Positions 59,520 to 64,000 of a stretch of DNA of 64,000 nucleotides are shown here, piece after piece. The DNA comes from Macrostomum lignano (taxonomy: Eukaryota), in NCBI GenBank assembly GCA_002269645.1, contig NIVC01003070.1, positions 1 to 64,000 of the forward strand, given 5' to 3'. Position numbers and translations under genes: made by a program. The notes under the pieces were generated by a model that saw only the letters and a program-made list of their open reading frames with translations, was not told where the DNA came from and made no database searches. Position 1 is the stretch's first letter. Every line of letters starts with the position of its first letter.

Positions 59520-61050
59520 ATGAGGCTATGGGGTGAGCAAAAATAGACGCGGGAGGCTAATGGTTAAGAGTAAAAATACGTGACCGAATATTTCTACAAT
59601 TTTCAAGTTTATCTGTGAGGGAATACCTAAAGGCTTCCTAATCAGCGCACCAGAAGCTCTTGGTCGTTTATGGGCTAACTCAGAGTTGGGATCTAGATAA
59701 ACTTTAGTAACTATTAGGAAGTGATCACTGTCGATGTCATAACCTACCAGCACCTCACTAACAAGCTGAACAAGTTTGGGAGAGCAAATTCCTAGTTCTG
59801 ACGCGTTCCCTCCCCTATAGTTAATCACCAGATACCAGGGACCAAAGATCACCAAAGGAATTGAAGATCGCAGGAGGGCCATGGTGGTGTTCCAGCCGTT
59901 CAATCAACTGTTTCCCGGGGAAGCGCTGTCACTGCCCAGGATGGGATGCCGACAGTTCAGATCCCCCATGAGAATTGATTTGGGGTAAGCAAGCAGGTGC
60001 TCTAGGATGTCCAAATTAAGCCTATCAGTGGTGGAGGCCCTATACAGTAGAGACACCTGCATGATATCGATGGTTTTATTGTTAAGGTGGACATTAAAAC
60101 GAATTCATAGTTGGAGTTGTCAAAGTATTTGTTAACGCCTGAGATTTAGGGTGTTTAAATAGGCAACTGCCAGTCCTCTGCGACACTCAGGTACATCGTA
60201 CCTGATGATGGCGTACCCTTGGACAAAAACGTTATTTTTGTTAGAATGAGTTTCAGAAAGAGACCAATGTCAATTTCCTCATTATACCCGTACAGCCACA
60301 TTTTAATCTCAGATTTTGTTGCTCAGCTTATTACAGTTAATGTTCCCAATGTTGAGGGTAAGTTAGAATTAGGGTGGCCAGAGGTGGTAGCAGGGATCGT
60401 TTGTATTATTGGTAGCCATTGCGAATTGAAATAAATTATTTAAAGTCAGTTCAGGACTCGGTTCCGCACACCGAGGTGACTTCAGCTTCACCTACCTGAC
60501 TGCGGGCTCTCTTGGGCACAAGAAGTCGCCAGAAATTCCCTTAATATACGGGCTGCAAGCTGGCTTGCTTCCCATGTAGTAAGCGATTTACCCGGATTGA
60601 TCTCCTTAAGCCTGTTGAGGGCCCTCAGTACTATCTCCAGGACCTCACTTTAATAAAAACCCTGCTCACCGCTTGCAGAGTCCGCAGTCTTGGTAGCAGG
60701 CGCAGTTTGGGTGGTCGCAGGATCGCTACTCTCAACCCACTGACCTAGTACACCGGAAAGATCTCCTGAAGTCCCGGGCCTTAACTAGGATCCCCCTGTC
60801 TATGTCTAAAGCCCCCTGACTAAATTTTCTTCTAAGCTCCATTACTCTGCTATGCTCACGCTCAGTTTCCAGCTTGTTAGGTAATTTTATTTAATTTCTC
60901 GAATTTGTAGAAGGTTGAGTGATCGAGGCCCCAATTCGCGCACTTAAAGCCCGTGTCCATTAGGCAGTCTCCTGAGAAATGCTCCCTAGCGCACTTGCAC
61001 CTGAACTGAGCAGCCGCCCTCCCCCCGGCTTTCAAGGTGGCCGAGGCCTT
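59520..61050 (-). mobile_element. Decayed non-LTR retrotransposon (APE endonuclease, plus probable ORF1 remnant)
   Basis: Minus frames give LNIGNINCNKL, ILMGDLNCRHPILG, S.L.I.SP.L..V, and DSDHFLI; multiple stops and frameshifts; no RT in the window. Confidence 0.8.
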
Positions 61051-61198
61051 GGCACCTGCGGCACTGGACCTCTTTCAACGGTGGCAGGCAGCGCAATTCT
61101 TCGCATTTATATCTTATCGAGCGTAGTTCAGTTCCGTTTTTAAGCATTATCCGAAAGTAGATTTACTTCTGGTAAATTCGTGCGAGTTCAGGGGGTTT

Positions 61199-64000
61199 CG
61201 AGAAGAAGCTCTCCGAGACTGTTTCGTCTGCGGTCTTCGGGACCAGCGGACCCAGCAGCGACTCCTGATGGAGGAGAAGCTCACGCTGGATGCGGCCAAG
61301 AAAATTGCCCTCGCGGCGGAGATTGCAAAGTCGGAAACTGAGCAATGGAAATCGAGCTCAGAGGTCAGCTCAGTCCAGCAGGTAGCGCCAGACTCTAAGG
61401 CGTGCTACAGGTGCGGATTCAAAGGCCACCTGTCGGCAGCCTGCCACTTCAGGACCGCAAAGTGCCACAACTGCGGGAAAGTTGGACACCTGCAGAAAGT
61501 TTCCGCTCAGCCAAGAAAGCCTCCAGTACAACGAAAGCCGGACGGCCAGAGAACGGACCAGCGCACGCAATGCAAACGGAAGAGGAGGAGGAAGCAGCAA
61601 CTGGCTGGATTTCGCAAGTCACTGCATCGGCCAAGAAAATCAGCGTAAGCCTGCTGATAAATGACCAGTCCCTCACCATGCAGCTGGACACCGGTGCCTG
61701 CGTCAGCCTCGTACCGGAGTCGGTGTGGAAGCAGCTCGGCCGACCTCCGCTGACACTAACATGCCTGCGACTCCGGACCTGGACGGGCGAGCCAATACAA
61801 GTCAAGGGAACAGCCGAGGTCAGGGTCAACTACGACGGAAGACAGCATGATAAGCTGCCGCTGGTGGTCACCAGTCAGACCGGAGCCTGCCCATTGCTAG
61901 GACGCAATTGGCTGGAAAAAGTGCGACTCAACTGGACTCAGTTGTTTGCCAACCAGATCAGCCAGGCGCCGGCGCAGAACAGCGGGCCTCTCGACCAAAT
62001 GCTGGAGGAGTTCGCTGATGTTTTAGACGAGAGCCTGGGGCAGTTGAAGGATCAGACAGTCGCACTGAGACTCAAAAGTGACGCACAGCCTCGATTCTGC
62101 AAGGCCAGACCCGTGCCATTCGCAGTGCGGGACAAGCTGGAGCTCGAGCTCCAGGACATGCTCAACAAAGGCATCATCCGCCCGGTGATCTACAGCGAGT
62201 GGGCTACGCCAGTGGTTCCGGTACTCAAGGCGGACGGCTCAGTCCGACTGTGCGGCGACTATAAACTGACGTTGAGCCCTCAGCTCCACATCGACCAATA
62301 CCCGCTGCCTACGCCTGAAGAGCTTTACGAGCAGGTGGGACAGGGTCAGCTGTTCTCAAAACTCGATCTGTCACAATGTTATCTTCAGTTTCCACTCGAC
62401 GAAGAGAGCTGCAAGCTGACGACCATCAACACGCATAAAGGGCTTTTCGAGTACCTCCGGTTGCCATTTGGCGTCAGTTCGGCACCTGCGATTTGCCAGA
62501 GGCTGATGGAAACACTTTTGAAGGGCGTGCCGGGAGTCTGTTTCCGCATTGATGACATCCTGGTCTCCAGTCCGTCAATGAGTGAGCACCTAGCAGCGCT
62601 TCGCGAGGTACCGACCAGGCTGAGAGCGGCGGGCTTGCGGCTGAAGCGAATCAAGTGCAAATTTCTGCAAGAAGTCGAATACCTGGGCTCGTTGCTGAGC
62701 AAGGACGGAGTCAAGAAGCTACCTCAGAAGGTGGAAGCAATAGTCAACAGCCCGAAGCCAGCGACAGTATCAGAGCTGCGATCATTCTTGGGCCTCGCAA
62801 ACTACTATGCTCGACATGTCAAGACTTCTCCACGATCGCTGCTCCTCTGTATCAACTGTTGAGGAAGGAGACGGACTGGCGGTGGGCTGAGACGGAGGAC
62901 CGAGCCTGGGACCATCTTAAGCAAGAACTGAGTTCGGACAGCGTGCTGACGCATTTCAACGAGCAGCTTCCAGTGGTGGTGGCCGCGGATGCTTCATCGG
63001 TAGGCATTGGCGCGGTGCTGTCCCACACGATGGAGGACGGCTCGGAACGGCCGGTGACTTTTGCTTCAAGGACTCTGTCAGCAGCGGAGCGAAATTACTC
63101 GCAAATTGAGAAAGAAGGCCTCGCCATCGTGTTCGCTATCAAGCGGTTCCACCAGTACCTGTTCGGCCGGAGCTTCACGATAATTACGGATCATCAAATC
63201 ATCAAACCGTTGACGATTTTCGGACCGAAGGTTGGCATCTCCCCGACTGCAGCAGGGCGACTTCAGAGATGGGCACTGCTGCTGTCAGGGTACAGCTACA
63301 GCATCCGGTTCCGCAAGACTGCTCAGCACAGCAACGCAGACGGCCTGTCTCGCTTGCCCCTGCAGATGAAGGACGACAGCCCAGACGACGACGATCGGGT
63401 CTGTCAGCTGACGGGCGAGTTCCCATTGACGGCGGCGGATGTAGCGGCAGCAACGAAGCAAGATGACGAGCTCCGAGATGTTCTCCGGATGATGACTGGC
63501 TGGCCAGAGTTGGTTCCGCCGCGGCTCAAGCCCTACTTTCGTCGTCGACTAGAACTAAGCGTGGAAGACGGCTGCGTGATCTGGGGAACTCGCGTACTGG
63601 TTCCGGAAGCGTTGCGACCTGGAGTTCTGCGCGAGTTACACGTGGAACATTTCGGCATGGCCCGGATGAAAAGTGTCGCCAGAACCTCCGTCTGGTGGCC
63701 AGGAATGGATGCTAACATCGAGTCGGTTGCCAGCAGCTGCCAAGCCTGCCAATCCGTTAAGTTGCGTCCGGTGCTGGCTCCACTGCACCCCTGGGTGTGG
63801 CCAGACCAGCCCTGGGACCGCATCCACGTTGACTTTGCCGGGCCGGTTCGAGGCCGCCAGTTTCTCCTCGTAGTCGACGCGCACTCAAAGTGGCCGCATG
63901 TGGAGGCCGTGTCAACACTCGAATCGGCCGAGCTGGTTCGCAAGCTGCGAGTGTTGTTTGCACAATGGGGCCTGCCGAGAGAACTGGTATCGGACAACGG
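61199..64000 (+). mobile_element. Ty3/Gypsy (Mag-like) LTR retrotransposon internal region, 5'-truncated, runs off the window
   Basis: Gag LRDCFVCGLRD, two CCHC knuckles, protease LDTGACVS, RT (LPFGVSSAP, RIDDILV), RNase H (DASSVGIGAVL, YSQIEKEGLA), integrase (HHCC, HVDFAGP, VSDNG). 1-nt deletions near 61501 and 62821; no LTR seen. Confidence 0.95.

Overview
This is eukaryotic (metazoan) genomic DNA: GT-AG introns, standard code, and very high simple-repeat and transposon content. The style resembles a repeat-rich invertebrate such as a free-living flatworm, which is inference only. The one clear host gene is on the + strand: a 7-exon C2H2 zinc-finger transcription factor (1911-11691; 3735 nt spliced, about 1244 aa, 12 fingers). 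All six intron phases close correctly. It carries eh1-like (FSVAALL) and CtBP-like (PEDLT) co-repressor motifs and a repeated finger-plus-helix module. Most of its introns are filled with different minisatellites. The remaining ~52 kb is repeats and transposons. The main element is a near-complete, spliced (9-exon) Helitron on the - strand with an unusual architecture: STPR-like 23-aa repeats, OTU cysteine protease, Zn ribbon, HUH Rep and Pif1 helicase. It has a canonical hairpin-CTAG 3' end at 32677, no nonsense codons, and four 1-nt frameshifts. Also present: non-autonomous Helitrons with four exact CTAG|TC head-to-tail junctions, a hAT-type MITE and a P-type foldback element (both with perfect 8-bp TSDs), a full-length mariner ORF lacking its third catalytic Asp, and remnants of P/THAP9, piggyBac, Crypton-like tyrosine recombinase, APE-LINE and Mag-like Gypsy elements. 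A decayed HMG-like plus GTF2I-repeat-like ORF lies at 49.5-50.5 kb. Many long ORFs in the supplied track are minisatellite artefacts. I found no prokaryotic system, CRISPR array or intact structural RNA gene. All homology calls come from motif recognition, not database searches.
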